This document shows positions 1 to 8,473 of a stretch of 64,000 bases of DNA, one piece after another. The notes beneath the pieces were generated by a model. That model searched no databases, had not been told where the DNA came from, and saw nothing but the letters and a program-made list of their open reading frames with translations. Position numbers and translations under genes: made by a program. The stretch is from a virus (Duplodnaviria > Caudoviricetes), in the IMG/VR virus record IMGVR_UViG_3300025924_000001, positions 1-64,000 of that record; one strand, 5' to 3'. The first letter of the stretch is position 1, and every line of letters begins with the position of its first letter.

Positions 1-200
1 CGCTCGAGCCGCCAGTCAACCGCGTCCAGGGCGACGTCCGCCGCGGCCACCGTCCGGCCAGCCTCGGTCTCCACGTCGCTCCTCGACCCCAGCAACCGCG
101 CGGCGGCGAGCTGCACCTCCAGGGCCAACGTCCGCGCGTGGTGCAGCTTCAGCCGCAGCTGCCTCAGCTGCCTCTGCCGCGGCGTCTCTCGCTCGCTCAT
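1..200 (-). CDS. hypothetical protein (runs off window start)
   Basis: ATG at 200 overlaps the stop of the upstream gene (ATGA) and has an AGGGAGG-like RBS; translates MSERETPRQRQLRQLRLKL... Confidence 0.6.
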   Translation of the reverse strand, partial: MSERETPRQRQLRQLRLKLHHARTLALEVQLAAARLLGSRSDVETEAGRTVAAADVALDAVDWRLE

Positions 201-391
201 CGACCCTCCCTCGCGGCCTGAAGGTTGTCTTTCACCACGGCATCGGTGTGCGCGAGCTCAGACGCCGCTCGCGCGATCGCACCGCCACACCGCTGATCAC
301 GAGTGAGGTCGAACGCGTCGATCAGCTGTCGGCGAGCCTGCCTCACCAGCTCCAACGCCTGCTCCAGTCTCACGATCCGTTCGCTCGTCAC
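197..391 (-). CDS. hypothetical helical protein
   Basis: GTGA overlap start at 391 (VTSERIVRLEQ...). Confidence 0.6.
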   Translation of the reverse strand: MTSERIVRLEQALELVRQARRQLIDAFDLTRDQRCGGAIARAASELAHTDAVVKDNLQAAREGR

Positions 392-927
392 TTCCAGTCC
401 CTTCCCTCGCGCCACGGCGGCCCAGCGCCGCCGTCGCCCCACGTCGCGACGTAGTCCAGCTGCGGCAGGGTCAGGCCCACCTGAGGGTTACAGCGGATCA
501 GCAGCGTCTCGCCGCGCTTCCACGCCCAGCGCTCGTCCTCGGCGTTGAGCTCGTCGTCGAGCCACGCCAGCGGTCGGTACCCAGCCCAGACCCGAACCGC
601 GTCGGCCTTCCAGTGCTCGTACCGCGACCGCCATCGAAACGGCGGCGTCACGTGGATCACCGGCAGCTCCGGCAGCCCCACTCGCGGCGCGACCTCCGCG
701 TTCGCGTGCTCGTTCCACGTCGTCGCCCAGACGAGCTCCGCGTCGAGGTGTGCCGCGAGCGTGAGCAGGCGCTCCCCGTGGCCGGGGTGCAGCCACAGGT
801 CGAACCGGCCGTTGCCCGCGGGCACGTCGCGGTGCCTGACGAACCCCCGTCGGTTGAGCTTCGCCGGGTTGCCGCTGGGGTTCAGCACCCCGTCCACGTC
901 CAGGGCGATCACGGTTCGGTCGCTCAC
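388..927 (-). CDS. HAD-superfamily (Swiss-army-knife RNA-repair-like) phosphatase domain protein
   Basis: IALDVDGVLN (motif I DxD), LVWATTW, AWLDDE (motif IV); start re-assigned to the GTGA overlap at 927. Confidence 0.8.
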   Translation of the reverse strand: MSDRTVIALDVDGVLNPSGNPAKLNRRGFVRHRDVPAGNGRFDLWLHPGHGERLLTLAAHLDAELVWATTWNEHANAEVAPRVGLPELPVIHVTPPFRWRSRYEHWKADAVRVWAGYRPLAWLDDELNAEDERWAWKRGETLLIRCNPQVGLTLPQLDYVATWGDGGAGPPWREGRDWK

Positions 928-1163
928 CCTCCAGCCCCCCAGGCTCGCCTCGCGGTCCCGTAGGCCGCCGTTCGCTGGCACCGCCCACAGGTCACCCGCG
1001 TGGGGTCATCGGTCAGGTCCGTGCGGCTCGCTCCCTGCAGGTCGCGGCCGCACGCCGGGCCGGGAAACGCGGTGTCCGCGCCGACCCGGAGGTGCCACTT
1101 CGCGCCGCGGGGGTTGTCGGTTCGCTGACCAACGTTCGGTTGGATTCGTCTCAGCTGCGTCAC
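924..1163 (-). CDS. small putative Zn-binding protein (paralogue A1)
   Basis: HLRVGADTAFPGPACG...LTDDPTRVTCGRC. Confidence 0.7.
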   Translation of the reverse strand: MTQLRRIQPNVGQRTDNPRGAKWHLRVGADTAFPGPACGRDLQGASRTDLTDDPTRVTCGRCQRTAAYGTARRAWGAGG

Positions 1164-1224
1164 CGCCGGTCACCGCCCGGCCTCGAGTCGGCCACGGGAC
1201 TCATCACGACCTCACTCACCGCTC

Positions 1225-1476
1225 TCACCTCGATCTCGTCATCAGGAAGTAGCCCAGCGACCGCCTGCACTTGGTGCAGGTCACCTGGTCGGGGTCATCG
1301 GTCAGGTTCACCTTGCCCGGTCGACCGAGCCGGCTCTGGACTCGGCTGTCGATACCGCAGGCCGGTCCCGGGAACGATGTGTCGGCTCCGGTGCGAAGGT
1401 GCACGATCTGTGGTGGCCGCGGCTGCGTGGGGCCCGCGTTGTAGGCGCCGTGGCCAACCCGCTGTCGTGGGCTCAC
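1225..1476 (-). CDS. small putative Zn-binding protein (paralogue A2)
   Basis: HLRTGADTSFPGPACG...LTDDPDQVTCTKC. Confidence 0.7.
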   Translation of the reverse strand: MSPRQRVGHGAYNAGPTQPRPPQIVHLRTGADTSFPGPACGIDSRVQSRLGRPGKVNLTDDPDQVTCTKCRRSLGYFLMTRSR

Positions 1477-1667
1477 CGCTCGCTTCCCTTACCCGCGACC
1501 TCGATCGCGCGGCGCGCGGCCTCGAGGTGCCGGCGCGCGTCCCGGACCTCCTGCCACGCGGTCGGGTCGACGGTGACCGCCGCCCGGGACAGGTCAGCCA
1601 CGAGCTCGAGCGCGGCCACGGTGCGCTGCAGCAGCTTGAGGCGCTGCCCCTCCTCGTCCCAGCTCAC
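1473..1667 (-). CDS. hypothetical helical protein
   Basis: GTGA overlaps at both ends. Confidence 0.65.
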   Translation of the reverse strand: MSWDEEGQRLKLLQRTVAALELVADLSRAAVTVDPTAWQEVRDARRHLEAARRAIEVAGKGSER

Positions 1668-1951
1668 CGGCCCGACCCCAGCCCGCGAAGCCAGGAGCGT
1701 CGGCGCGTCTCAGCTCGCTTGGGCGCGCTGCCGGCCACCGGTCGCTCCACGGTCACGTCAACCTCCACGCCCTCGCGGTTCACGAGCCACGTCACGGGGT
1801 GCGACCGACCCTCGAGGTCGACGACCGCGACGTGACGCGAGCGCACGCGATCCGACCGCAGGGCGACCAGCTCGTGGCCCCACGGCTTGTGGCATTGCCC
1901 GCGCTCGCCGGTCGCGAGCGTGATCGCCGCGGGGCAGCGGCGGTCGTTCAT
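1664..1951 (-). CDS. hypothetical Cys/His protein (paralogue B1)
   Basis: MNDRRCPAAITLAT...C....GH...VTWLVNREG; coupled start. Confidence 0.6.
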   Translation of the reverse strand: MNDRRCPAAITLATGERGQCHKPWGHELVALRSDRVRSRHVAVVDLEGRSHPVTWLVNREGVEVDVTVERPVAGSAPKRAETRRRSWLRGLGSGR

Positions 1952-2211
1952 CACGGCACCTCCACCAGGTTGTCGGGGGCGAGCAGAACCGCGTGCCCGT
2001 GCCGGTTGACCTCCCAGACCACGCTGAGCGGGTGGTGCTTGAGCTGCGTGGCGACGCCGTGGTGGTTGGTGGGGTTCAGCTTCACCGCGTGGCCCTCCTC
2101 CTCGAGGCACCAGACGGTCTCCCCCTGGGTGCGGCGTCCCAGCAGGGACCGGGTCGCAACCGTGATCACGGCGGTGCAGCGCTTGCGGCCGAGCAGCAGC
2201 TTGCGGCTCAC
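1951..2211 (-). CDS. hypothetical Cys/His protein (paralogue B2)
   Basis: KRCTAVITVAT...C....GH...VVWEVNRHG; GTGA overlap start. Confidence 0.6.
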   Translation of the reverse strand: MSRKLLLGRKRCTAVITVATRSLLGRRTQGETVWCLEEEGHAVKLNPTNHHGVATQLKHHPLSVVWEVNRHGHAVLLAPDNLVEVP

Positions 2212-2393
2212 CGGGCCGTCACCGGCTTGATGATCGTCGCCGTCAGTGCACCGAGCGCGAGCGTCGTGGGAGCGCTCAAGAAGAGCAACATGGGGCTCGC
2301 GGTGATCCATCCCACCACGAACAGGGATGGCCCACTCAGCAGCGTCAACCACATCAGCACATTCTCGACCGCGTTGAGCCATCGCGCACTCAC
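2208..2393 (-). CDS. small membrane protein
   Basis: two hydrophobic stretches; GTGA overlap start. Confidence 0.6.
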   Translation of the reverse strand: MSARWLNAVENVLMWLTLLSGPSLFVVGWITASPMLLFLSAPTTLALGALTATIIKPVTAR

Positions 2394-2608
2394 CGCGCAC
2401 CGAACCGACGCTCGTCGTCGCGACGCACGGCGGCCTCCGCCGCCTCTCGCGACACGTAGATGCCGCCGTCCCACCCCTCGCCGCCCGTGATCATCGTCAG
2501 GTCAGGACGGGCCGCCTGCCAGTGACCCAGAAAGGTCTCCCAGCAGACGCCGATCTCGGTCTTGCCATCGACGCTCATCACGGGAATGTGTCTTCCAAAC
2601 CTGGCCAT
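2390..2608 (-). CDS. hypothetical protein
   Basis: ATG preceded by a GAGGAAG RBS and a promoter. Confidence 0.7.
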   Translation of the reverse strand: MARFGRHIPVMSVDGKTEIGVCWETFLGHWQAARPDLTMITGGEGWDGGIYVSREAAEAAVRRDDERRFGAR

Positions 2609-2648
2609 CGCCGCTCTTCCTCTCGTTCCTCGTTCCTGGTCTGAGGTG

Positions 2649-2677
2649 ACTTTACCAGCTCACGGCTAGAATGTAAA
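2649..2677 (-). promoter_or_regulatory. phage promoter TTTACA-N17-TAAAGT
   Basis: matches the motif repeated at >=8 sites; TG extended -10. Confidence 0.7.
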
Positions 2678-2680
2678 CCC

Positions 2681-2947
2681 CTATCGGTCGCGCCAGCGCA
2701 GCCGCGCGCCCTGCGCGTCGTTGCACGGCCGGCACGCCGGCTGGATGTTGTCCCGGCGGTAGGTGCCGCCCTCGCACCTGGGCACGATCCGATCCACGGT
2801 CAGCGTCTCGAGCGTCAGGTCCATCTCGCAGCGATCTGACACCTCGAGGTGGCACATGGCCGTGGTTCCGTCACCGAAGGTGTCGAGCAGCCACTGCCGA
2901 CGGGCCCGTCGCTGCGCGGCGCTACCCCGTTGGTTGCCGTTTGGCAT
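2681..2947 (-). CDS. HNH endonuclease
   Basis: C...C...TVDRIVPRCEGGTYRRDNIQPACRPCN, typical small actinophage HNH; GAGGAG RBS. Confidence 0.85.
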   Translation of the reverse strand: MPNGNQRGSAAQRRARRQWLLDTFGDGTTAMCHLEVSDRCEMDLTLETLTVDRIVPRCEGGTYRRDNIQPACRPCNDAQGARLRWRDR

Positions 2948-3200
2948 GCCACTCCTCGTCGGTGGCACCCGATGCCTGGCACCGGGTGTGGGGCTTGGGG
3001 ATGGATGGGTAGCCGGGCTCCGGTGACGTGCCAGCTGGTGTCAGCTTCCCGTGCCACCTCATCCAGAAGGTGCCATCCGGTGGCACGAGTGGCAGGTTGT
3101 GCCGCAGGATCCGCCCCGTGGTTGGCACCCGACAGATGGCACGGCCGCACGCGGGGCACGGTCGGGCGAGGCCGTAGCCCCGACGGTGCCGCCGCGTCAC
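2922..3200 (-). CDS. hypothetical Zn-finger protein
   Basis: CPACG...RH...C motif. Confidence 0.55.
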   Translation of the reverse strand: MTRRHRRGYGLARPCPACGRAICRVPTTGRILRHNLPLVPPDGTFWMRWHGKLTPAGTSPEPGYPSIPKPHTRCQASGATDEEWHAKRQPTG

Positions 3201-3559
3201 CGGGGCTCGAGGTCGGTGCCGGTGCCAACCTCCACCGGCGGTGACGCCAGCTCACCCCTCACGTCGACGACCTCGCCGTCGACGGTGCCGCGAAGCAGCA
3301 GCTCGTACTTGAGGGCCTTGATCAGCGGCCGGCGCTCGAGCCACGCCGCGGGGTCGTCCTCGAGGCCCTGCCACTGGGTCACGCGCTGGTTCAGCGCGTC
3401 CCACCAGGCGCGGTGCCGCTGCAGGTCCGGGGCGCGTCGTCGCAGAAAGGCGAGGGTGTTGGTGACGTGGCTCAGCTCCATCTCCTCGATGAGGTACGGT
3501 CGACCGTCCTGGCCGTACCACATCTTCTCCTGCTCCAGGGTTTCCACGATGCTCGGCAT
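3197..3559 (-). CDS. hypothetical protein
   Basis: TAATG coupling; MPSIVETLEQEKMWYGQDG... Confidence 0.7.
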   Translation of the reverse strand: MPSIVETLEQEKMWYGQDGRPYLIEEMELSHVTNTLAFLRRRAPDLQRHRAWWDALNQRVTQWQGLEDDPAAWLERRPLIKALKYELLLRGTVDGEVVDVRGELASPPVEVGTGTDLEPR

Positions 3560-3834
3560 TAGCTGCCTCCCTTCACGTTCGTCGTCCTCGTCGAGCCTCG
3601 GCGATCTCGAGCGCAGTCGGCGTGAGCCGTCTTGCAGGGTCGACACCTGCAGCCGTAGTTGACGTAGCCGTTGTCCGTGCCGTGCACGTGATCTGGAACC
3701 GGCTCCTGGTATCTCTCGCGTCGCCTCACCGCAATGTTGGCTGAGTGCGCGGTCGTGCACGGCGAGCAGCGACAGCCGTAATTGCTGTACCCGTTTCTCG
3801 TTCCGTGAACGTGGTTGGGGATCGGTCGGCTCAC
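3559..3834 (-). CDS. tandem HGT-x-GCRC-x2-C repeat Zn-binding protein
   Basis: two copies of HVHGTxNGYxNYGCRCxPC. Confidence 0.75.
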   Translation of the reverse strand: MSRPIPNHVHGTRNGYSNYGCRCSPCTTAHSANIAVRRRERYQEPVPDHVHGTDNGYVNYGCRCRPCKTAHADCARDRRGSTRTTNVKGGS

Positions 3835-4133
3835 CGGCGGTTCCCCCAGCGCTCCCGGACGTCGAGCCACCAGCTCTCCAGTCGCCACGCGGCCCGTCGC
3901 GTGACGACGCCCCACCAGTCCACGCTGATGACCCACCGCAACGCGAACGGCAGCGTCACCACGTCGCAGGTGTTGCAGCGGTGGAACCACAGGTGCGGCC
4001 AGCGCTGCTCGCCGTGGTTCCACCCCAGCATCCGGCCGCCCTCGCAGCGATCGCGCTTGGCGTACCGCATGCCGCCGCCGGCCCAGCCCGGGCAGCGCCA
4101 CGGCTTGTCGTAGCAGGGACGGCTCAGCCGCAC
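3831..4133 (-). CDS. hypothetical Cys/Trp-rich protein
   Basis: CYDKPWRCPGWAGGG...CxxC; GGAGG RBS. Confidence 0.6.
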   Translation of the reverse strand: MRLSRPCYDKPWRCPGWAGGGMRYAKRDRCEGGRMLGWNHGEQRWPHLWFHRCNTCDVVTLPFALRWVISVDWWGVVTRRAAWRLESWWLDVRERWGNRR

Positions 4134-4384
4134 GTCAACCTCCACTCGCCGGTTCCCGTGACGTGGTGCTCCCACAGGTCATCCGCCTCCAACCGCTGAA
4201 GGCTCGCGTCGGACAGCCACAGCTTGACCGTGCCGCGGTCCGAGTTCGTCGCGACCGCGAAGCTGCTACCGTTCGCGTACCGGTGGTCGGCGCTCGCGAG
4301 CAGCTCCGCGATCCGCGGCACGTGGTGGCGGCTCACCACGATAACGTGGGGGAACACCTGCGGCAGCGCCTGGTCGTAGCTCAC
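4124..4384 (-). CDS. hypothetical protein
   Basis: GTGA overlap start (VSYDQALPQ...). Confidence 0.55.
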   Translation of the reverse strand: MSYDQALPQVFPHVIVVSRHHVPRIAELLASADHRYANGSSFAVATNSDRGTVKLWLSDASLQRLEADDLWEHHVTGTGEWRLTCG

Positions 4385-4518
4385 TCCGTCACCCCCGTCC
4401 GCAGCTTCCGCGCGATCTGCCGCGCCTCGTGGGACGCCGCCGGGATCTCCAGGGCCAGCGCCAGGTCCTCCACCAGGTCGCACAGCTGCGCGACCAGCCT
4501 CAGCTCGTCCTCGGTCAT
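4381..4518 (-). CDS. small hypothetical protein (not in ORF track)
   Basis: MTEDELRLVAQLCDLVEDLALALE...; coupled at both ends. Confidence 0.55.
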   Translation of the reverse strand: MTEDELRLVAQLCDLVEDLALALEIPAASHEARQIARKLRTGVTE

Positions 4519-4655
4519 CACTTGGTCCTCGGTTCAGCCGTGAACGTGCCCTCGTTGGGGTTCACGCTCGTGACGACGTGCTCACTGACGACGCCGCGTA
4601 CCTCGAGCATCAACACGTCACCCACCTCGGGCAGCGTCACTCGCTTGTCAGTCAT
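4518..4655 (-). CDS. small hypothetical protein
   Basis: MTDKRVTLPEVGDVLMLEV... Confidence 0.55.
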   Translation of the reverse strand: MTDKRVTLPEVGDVLMLEVRGVVSEHVVTSVNPNEGTFTAEPRTK

Positions 4656-4672
4656 CGTTGGTTCTCCGCTTC

Positions 4673-6088
4673 CTACTTGTTCCAGTTGACGACCACGAGC
4701 TTGTCCTTCGCTCGGGTCATGGCGGTGTACAGCCACCGCCTGGGCTCCGGTGGCTTCGTGTCGAGCACGACGACCTTGCTGAACTCGGAGCCCTGCGCCT
4801 TGTGCGCGGTGAGCGCGTAGGCGAGGTCCCACAGGTGGCGGCCGTCCGGGTACTCGTTGGGGGCGAGCCGCTGCTCCGCGCCGAGCTGCTTGACCACGAG
4901 CTGCGTGAGCACGTGGCAGCCTGGCTTTCCGCGGCGGTCCGCGTCCAGCTCCACCACGCAGGTCACCCATCGCTGCCCGGGACGCTCCGGCTTGCGAACC
5001 GAGCGGATCGTGCCCGTGGAGCCGTTGAACACGAACTCCATCTCACCCGTCGGCCGCCAGCCGTCCTCGCCCCGACCCAGGCCCTCACCCGGCTGCACGA
5101 TGACGCGGTCCCCGTTCTGCAGGGACACGACGCGGTCGTCGATGACCGGCTGGCCGGGTGCGGCGAGGTGCGCCGGCGTGTCGCGGTAGCCGCGGTTCAC
5201 CGCGGACCGCAGCTTGTTGGTGTGCGTGATGATCGCGTGGTTCGGGGACGGCGGCAGCCGGTCCCGGGACGCAACCGCGAGCACCTCCGGTCGCAGCGCC
5301 GCGGAGACGCACGCCGTGGAGCCGTCCCCGTACGTGCCCAGCGGCAGGCGGCCGGTCTCCCGAACGTGCCGGGCCGCGCTGATGATGCCCGTGACGTCGC
5401 TCTGCCGGTGGTTCGTGGTGAGAACGATGTCCGGGCTCTTCATCCACCGGTTCATCTCCTCCTTGACCGGCGCGAGCTGCCCGTGGTCCCCCACCAGCAG
5501 CACCGGCACGCCGAGGGACGCGATCTCCTTGACCCGCTCCTCGGACACCATCGACGCCTCGTCGAGGATGATCAGGTCGCGCCGGCCGCCGACGGCGGTC
5601 CGCAGCGTGAACTTGAGGTCCTCGTGCACCTGGCAGGTGTGGTCCGCGTTCTTCACGCACGGCTCAAACCTCAGCGCACAGTCGCACTCCTCGGGGTCGG
5701 GGCAGCCGCACGGGATGACCGTCATCGGTTGGTTGGTGCGCAGGCAGCGGTACGTGGAGCGAGCCATGTACAGCAGGGAGTGGTAGGTCCGCACGTTGAG
5801 GGCGTCGCGCTCACCGAGCTTGCCGCGAAGGACTGCGGCGGCCCGGTGCGTGGGCGCGCCGTACGCGCAGCGGGCCCCGAGGACCTCGCTGAGCTGTCCG
5901 GTCAGCCACGTCTTGCCGGAGCCGGCGAGCCCGCCGATCGACAGGACTGGGTATCCGTGGGCGTTGCCGTGCGTGTGCGGGTACTCTTCCTCGCAGAGCT
6001 CACCCTCGCAGTACGTGGACGCCGGCGCGCCCTGAAACCAGTCGGTGACGCGGTCCAGGGCGTTCGCCTGGTCCTCACTCAGTTCCAC
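4673..6088 (-). CDS. RecD/Dda-like SF1B DNA helicase
   Basis: GLAGSGKT (Walker A), APTHRAA, TYHSLLY, DEASMV, GDHGQL, AYALTAHKAQGSEF, LYTAMTRA. Confidence 0.92.
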   Translation of the reverse strand: MELSEDQANALDRVTDWFQGAPASTYCEGELCEEEYPHTHGNAHGYPVLSIGGLAGSGKTWLTGQLSEVLGARCAYGAPTHRAAAVLRGKLGERDALNVRTYHSLLYMARSTYRCLRTNQPMTVIPCGCPDPEECDCALRFEPCVKNADHTCQVHEDLKFTLRTAVGGRRDLIILDEASMVSEERVKEIASLGVPVLLVGDHGQLAPVKEEMNRWMKSPDIVLTTNHRQSDVTGIISAARHVRETGRLPLGTYGDGSTACVSAALRPEVLAVASRDRLPPSPNHAIITHTNKLRSAVNRGYRDTPAHLAAPGQPVIDDRVVSLQNGDRVIVQPGEGLGRGEDGWRPTGEMEFVFNGSTGTIRSVRKPERPGQRWVTCVVELDADRRGKPGCHVLTQLVVKQLGAEQRLAPNEYPDGRHLWDLAYALTAHKAQGSEFSKVVVLDTKPPEPRRWLYTAMTRAKDKLVVVNWNK

Positions 6089-6263
6089 GCTTGAACCACC
6101 CCTTGTTGGTGAGGAACGTGTCGAGGGTACGACGAAGCTGAAGCGCCTGCTCCACGGTGAGGTAGACGTTGTCGGCGTCACAGCAGGAGTTGAACCACAG
6201 CTCGCCGTCCTCGTTGAGCCCGATCGAGTGACCGTCCCGGGTCGTCACGTGAAAGTCGCTCAC
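6075..6263 (-). CDS. hypothetical protein
   Basis: GTGA overlap start (VSDFHVTTRDG...). Confidence 0.55.
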   Translation of the reverse strand: MSDFHVTTRDGHSIGLNEDGELWFNSCCDADNVYLTVEQALQLRRTLDTFLTNKGWFKRGTE

Positions 6264-6502
6264 TTGTTCAGCTGCCGGCTGGTGACGACGCGGCCCTTGA
6301 CCTCGACGCTCGTACCGTACGCGCCACCGTGGTAGCCGCGCAGCACCATCGCGATCTTCTCCGCGTCGCTGCCGACCGCGGGGTTGATCGTCGTCTCGAA
6401 GAGCCGACCGTTCTCCACCAGCCTCGTGTCGATCACCGCGACCGCGAGCCCCGCGTGGTGAAGCGCGTTGCCGAGCAGCTGGCTGATCGTGTTGGGGGTC
6501 AT
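6260..6502 (-). CDS. hypothetical protein
   Basis: AAGGAG RBS. Confidence 0.65.
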   Translation of the reverse strand: MTPNTISQLLGNALHHAGLAVAVIDTRLVENGRLFETTINPAVGSDAEKIAMVLRGYHGGAYGTSVEVKGRVVTSRQLNK

Positions 6503-6517
6503 TGTCTCGCTCCTTAC

Positions 6518-6763
6518 CTATCGGTCCCACTGCACGAGCACGAGGGCGTCGCCCTCGACCTCGAGCCTGACCCACGCGCGGTCCAGCAGGTACACCGTCA
6601 GGACCGCCCGGGCGAGGTCGAGGTCGACGCCGCGGATCCACGTCGTGAACTGGTAGCCGACGTAGCTCGTCTCAACGGCGAGCGCGTCGTCGGGGTTGAG
6701 CCCCGCGTGGTTCACGATTCGCGTGATCTCGCGGTTGACGTCGTCGGTGCCCTGGTAGCTCAC
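6518..6763 (-). CDS. hypothetical protein
   Basis: GTGA overlap start (VSYQGTDD...). Confidence 0.6.
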   Translation of the reverse strand: MSYQGTDDVNREITRIVNHAGLNPDDALAVETSYVGYQFTTWIRGVDLDLARAVLTVYLLDRAWVRLEVEGDALVLVQWDR

Positions 6764-7086
6764 CGGTTCAGCTCCGACAGCAGCCCCTGAGCGCGCAGCG
6801 CGTCCTCCGCGGTCGGCAGGTCGTCCCAACGGCTCACGGCCACGTCGAGCGAGACGATCACTGGATCGGGTGAGCCCTGAACCTTCAGCAGCGCCCGCGT
6901 CCGGTGGTGCGCCACGGTGTGGCGGCCGTCGCGGTGGTGCCGCGTGGTCAGGATCAGCACGTGGTAGCCGGCCGGCTCGAGCTGGCTCAGCAGCTCGGGC
7001 TTGAGCCGGGCGTCGTAGGTGTGGATGTCGCAGGCTCGAGCGATGCCGGCCAGCTGCTCGGTGGACGCGACGCGAAGGTCACTCAC
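6760..7086 (-). CDS. hypothetical protein, first gene of leftward operon
   Basis: GAGGAAC RBS and promoter upstream. Confidence 0.65.
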   Translation of the reverse strand: MSDLRVASTEQLAGIARACDIHTYDARLKPELLSQLEPAGYHVLILTTRHHRDGRHTVAHHRTRALLKVQGSPDPVIVSLDVAVSRWDDLPTAEDALRAQGLLSELNR

Positions 7087-7134
7087 GGGTTCCTCGATTC
7101 CTCGTTCGGCGGTCTCGGTCGACCGCTGCTGGAT

Positions 7135-7164
7135 ACCGTACCACGGCGCACCGCAGCTTGTAAA
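7135..7164 (-). promoter_or_regulatory. phage promoter TTTACA-N18-TACGGT
   Basis: motif match, TG extended -10; divergent from a + strand -10 (TGGTAGGAT, 7199-7207). Confidence 0.7.
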
Positions 7165-7231
7165 CAGCAATCTCAGCGCTGGCTGATCGTCCGCCGCGTG
7201 GTAGGATCACCACAGGAAGGGAGCAGGAATC

Positions 7232-7792
7232 ATGGAAGACATTCGCGCGGTCAAGCTGCCGCCACCCCCGTCCGGCTGGGTCCGGGTACGGGACACCAAG
7301 GAGGTTCTCGAGTTCCAGGGAGAGCTGGTCACGGACTCGTCGAGCGACGACCGCAGCCAGCCCCGCTGGACCGAGCTCGTTCTCTACCGACTGACCGACG
7401 GCACGCAGCGCTACGTGCTGCAGGTGATCGGCCGATCCACCGTGTACCACGCAGCCAATGGCTGCGAGCGGGGGGTCCCGATCCCCCTGGTCGACCTCGC
7501 CGACCGCTACCTCGACGAGGCCTGCACCGAGCCGATCCCGGAGCCCTGCGAGGAGTGCCGGCCCCTCGACGTGGAGGCGGTCGACCCCGGTGACCCAACC
7601 GTCGTCAAGATGGAGATCGACTGGTACTCGGCGTACGAGTGCCGGGACGTGGAGGAGCTGCTGCAGCGGCTGCGCCTCACCAAGGGCCGCTCGATCGGCC
7701 AGTTCAGCATGCCGGCGCTGCTGCTTCTCGATCGGGCGAAGAGCGTCGACCCCGTCATCGCCGTCGCGTTGACTCAGGTGCGCCGGCTCTGA
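7232..7792 (+). CDS. hypothetical protein with Cys/His cluster
   Basis: RBS, strong GC3; RWTELVLYRL...H...C...C...CEEC. Confidence 0.8.
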   Translation: MEDIRAVKLPPPPSGWVRVRDTKEVLEFQGELVTDSSSDDRSQPRWTELVLYRLTDGTQRYVLQVIGRSTVYHAANGCERGVPIPLVDLADRYLDEACTEPIPEPCEECRPLDVEAVDPGDPTVVKMEIDWYSAYECRDVEELLQRLRLTKGRSIGQFSMPALLLLDRAKSVDPVIAVALTQVRRL

Positions 7793-7797
7793 CTCTG

Positions 7798-7826
7798 TTT
7801 ACAATAGACCGTCCACGTGGTACGGT
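7798..7826 (+). promoter_or_regulatory. phage promoter TTTACA-N17-TACGGT
   Basis: motif match, TG extended -10. Confidence 0.75.
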
Positions 7827-7855
7827 TTCACCAGCACCACCCGGAACGAGAGGAA

Positions 7856-8299
7856 ATGGAATTGAAGACGGAACGACGCACCGGCGTGACCCGACAGCTC
7901 CTGCAGATTCTCCAGGACAACAAGGACCAGGTCCTGACCACGGAGCGGCTCGCTGAGCTGACCGACTACGATCGGGGCAACGTCAACACCCTCATCCACC
8001 AGCTGCGCCGGAACAAGCCCAACCTCATCATCGAGGTTCCCACCTCGGGCGCGTTCATCTTCCGCGGCACCAAGTCGGTCAACGAGATCACCGGTGACGA
8101 CGTCCCGGAGCCGATCGAGGTCCCGGTCCGAAAGGCCAGGGCGGTCAAGGCTGTCGCGCAGCCGACCCCGGCGTCACCCACGCCGTTCGGTTTCGCGATC
8201 GGCGTCGGCGAGCTCGTCGAGGTCATCGGGTACGGCCAGGACGGCACCCCGCTCGTCCGCGACACCGCCGGTCGGATCTACCTGCTGCAGCCCCTGTAG
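7856..8299 (+). CDS. winged helix-turn-helix DNA-binding protein
   Basis: LLQILQDNKDQVLTTERLAELT...NVNTLIHQLR...GAFIF resembles a wHTH; start at ATG 7856 after GAGGAA. Confidence 0.65.
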   Translation: MELKTERRTGVTRQLLQILQDNKDQVLTTERLAELTDYDRGNVNTLIHQLRRNKPNLIIEVPTSGAFIFRGTKSVNEITGDDVPEPIEVPVRKARAVKAVAQPTPASPTPFGFAIGVGELVEVIGYGQDGTPLVRDTAGRIYLLQPL

Positions 8300-8308
8300 G
8301 ATCACGGC

Positions 8309-8405
8309 TCCCCCCAACTGCAATTGGGGGACGACGCGGCGGCGGTGCGACGCCCCGCGTCGAGGGGGTCGTCCCGGTCCTATGGGCTCCGGGACCGGGA
8401 CGACC
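8309..8405. terminator. three back-to-back stem-loops (terminator or structured RNA)
   Basis: arms 8311-17/8324-30, 8332-39/8355-62, and a perfect 14-bp pair 8367-80/8392-8405. Confidence 0.6.
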
Positions 8406-8473
8406 GTTCACCAATCGTGTCGTCGACCAGCTCACGCGGTACGATCTGGAATCAGGAACGAGAGGATGGAACC

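Noticed and set aside
1160-1219. Possible 19-aa micro-ORF (VSEVVMSPVADSRPGGDRR) between the paralogous genes
   Set aside because: Its stop overlaps the next start, but it is too short to support from sequence alone.
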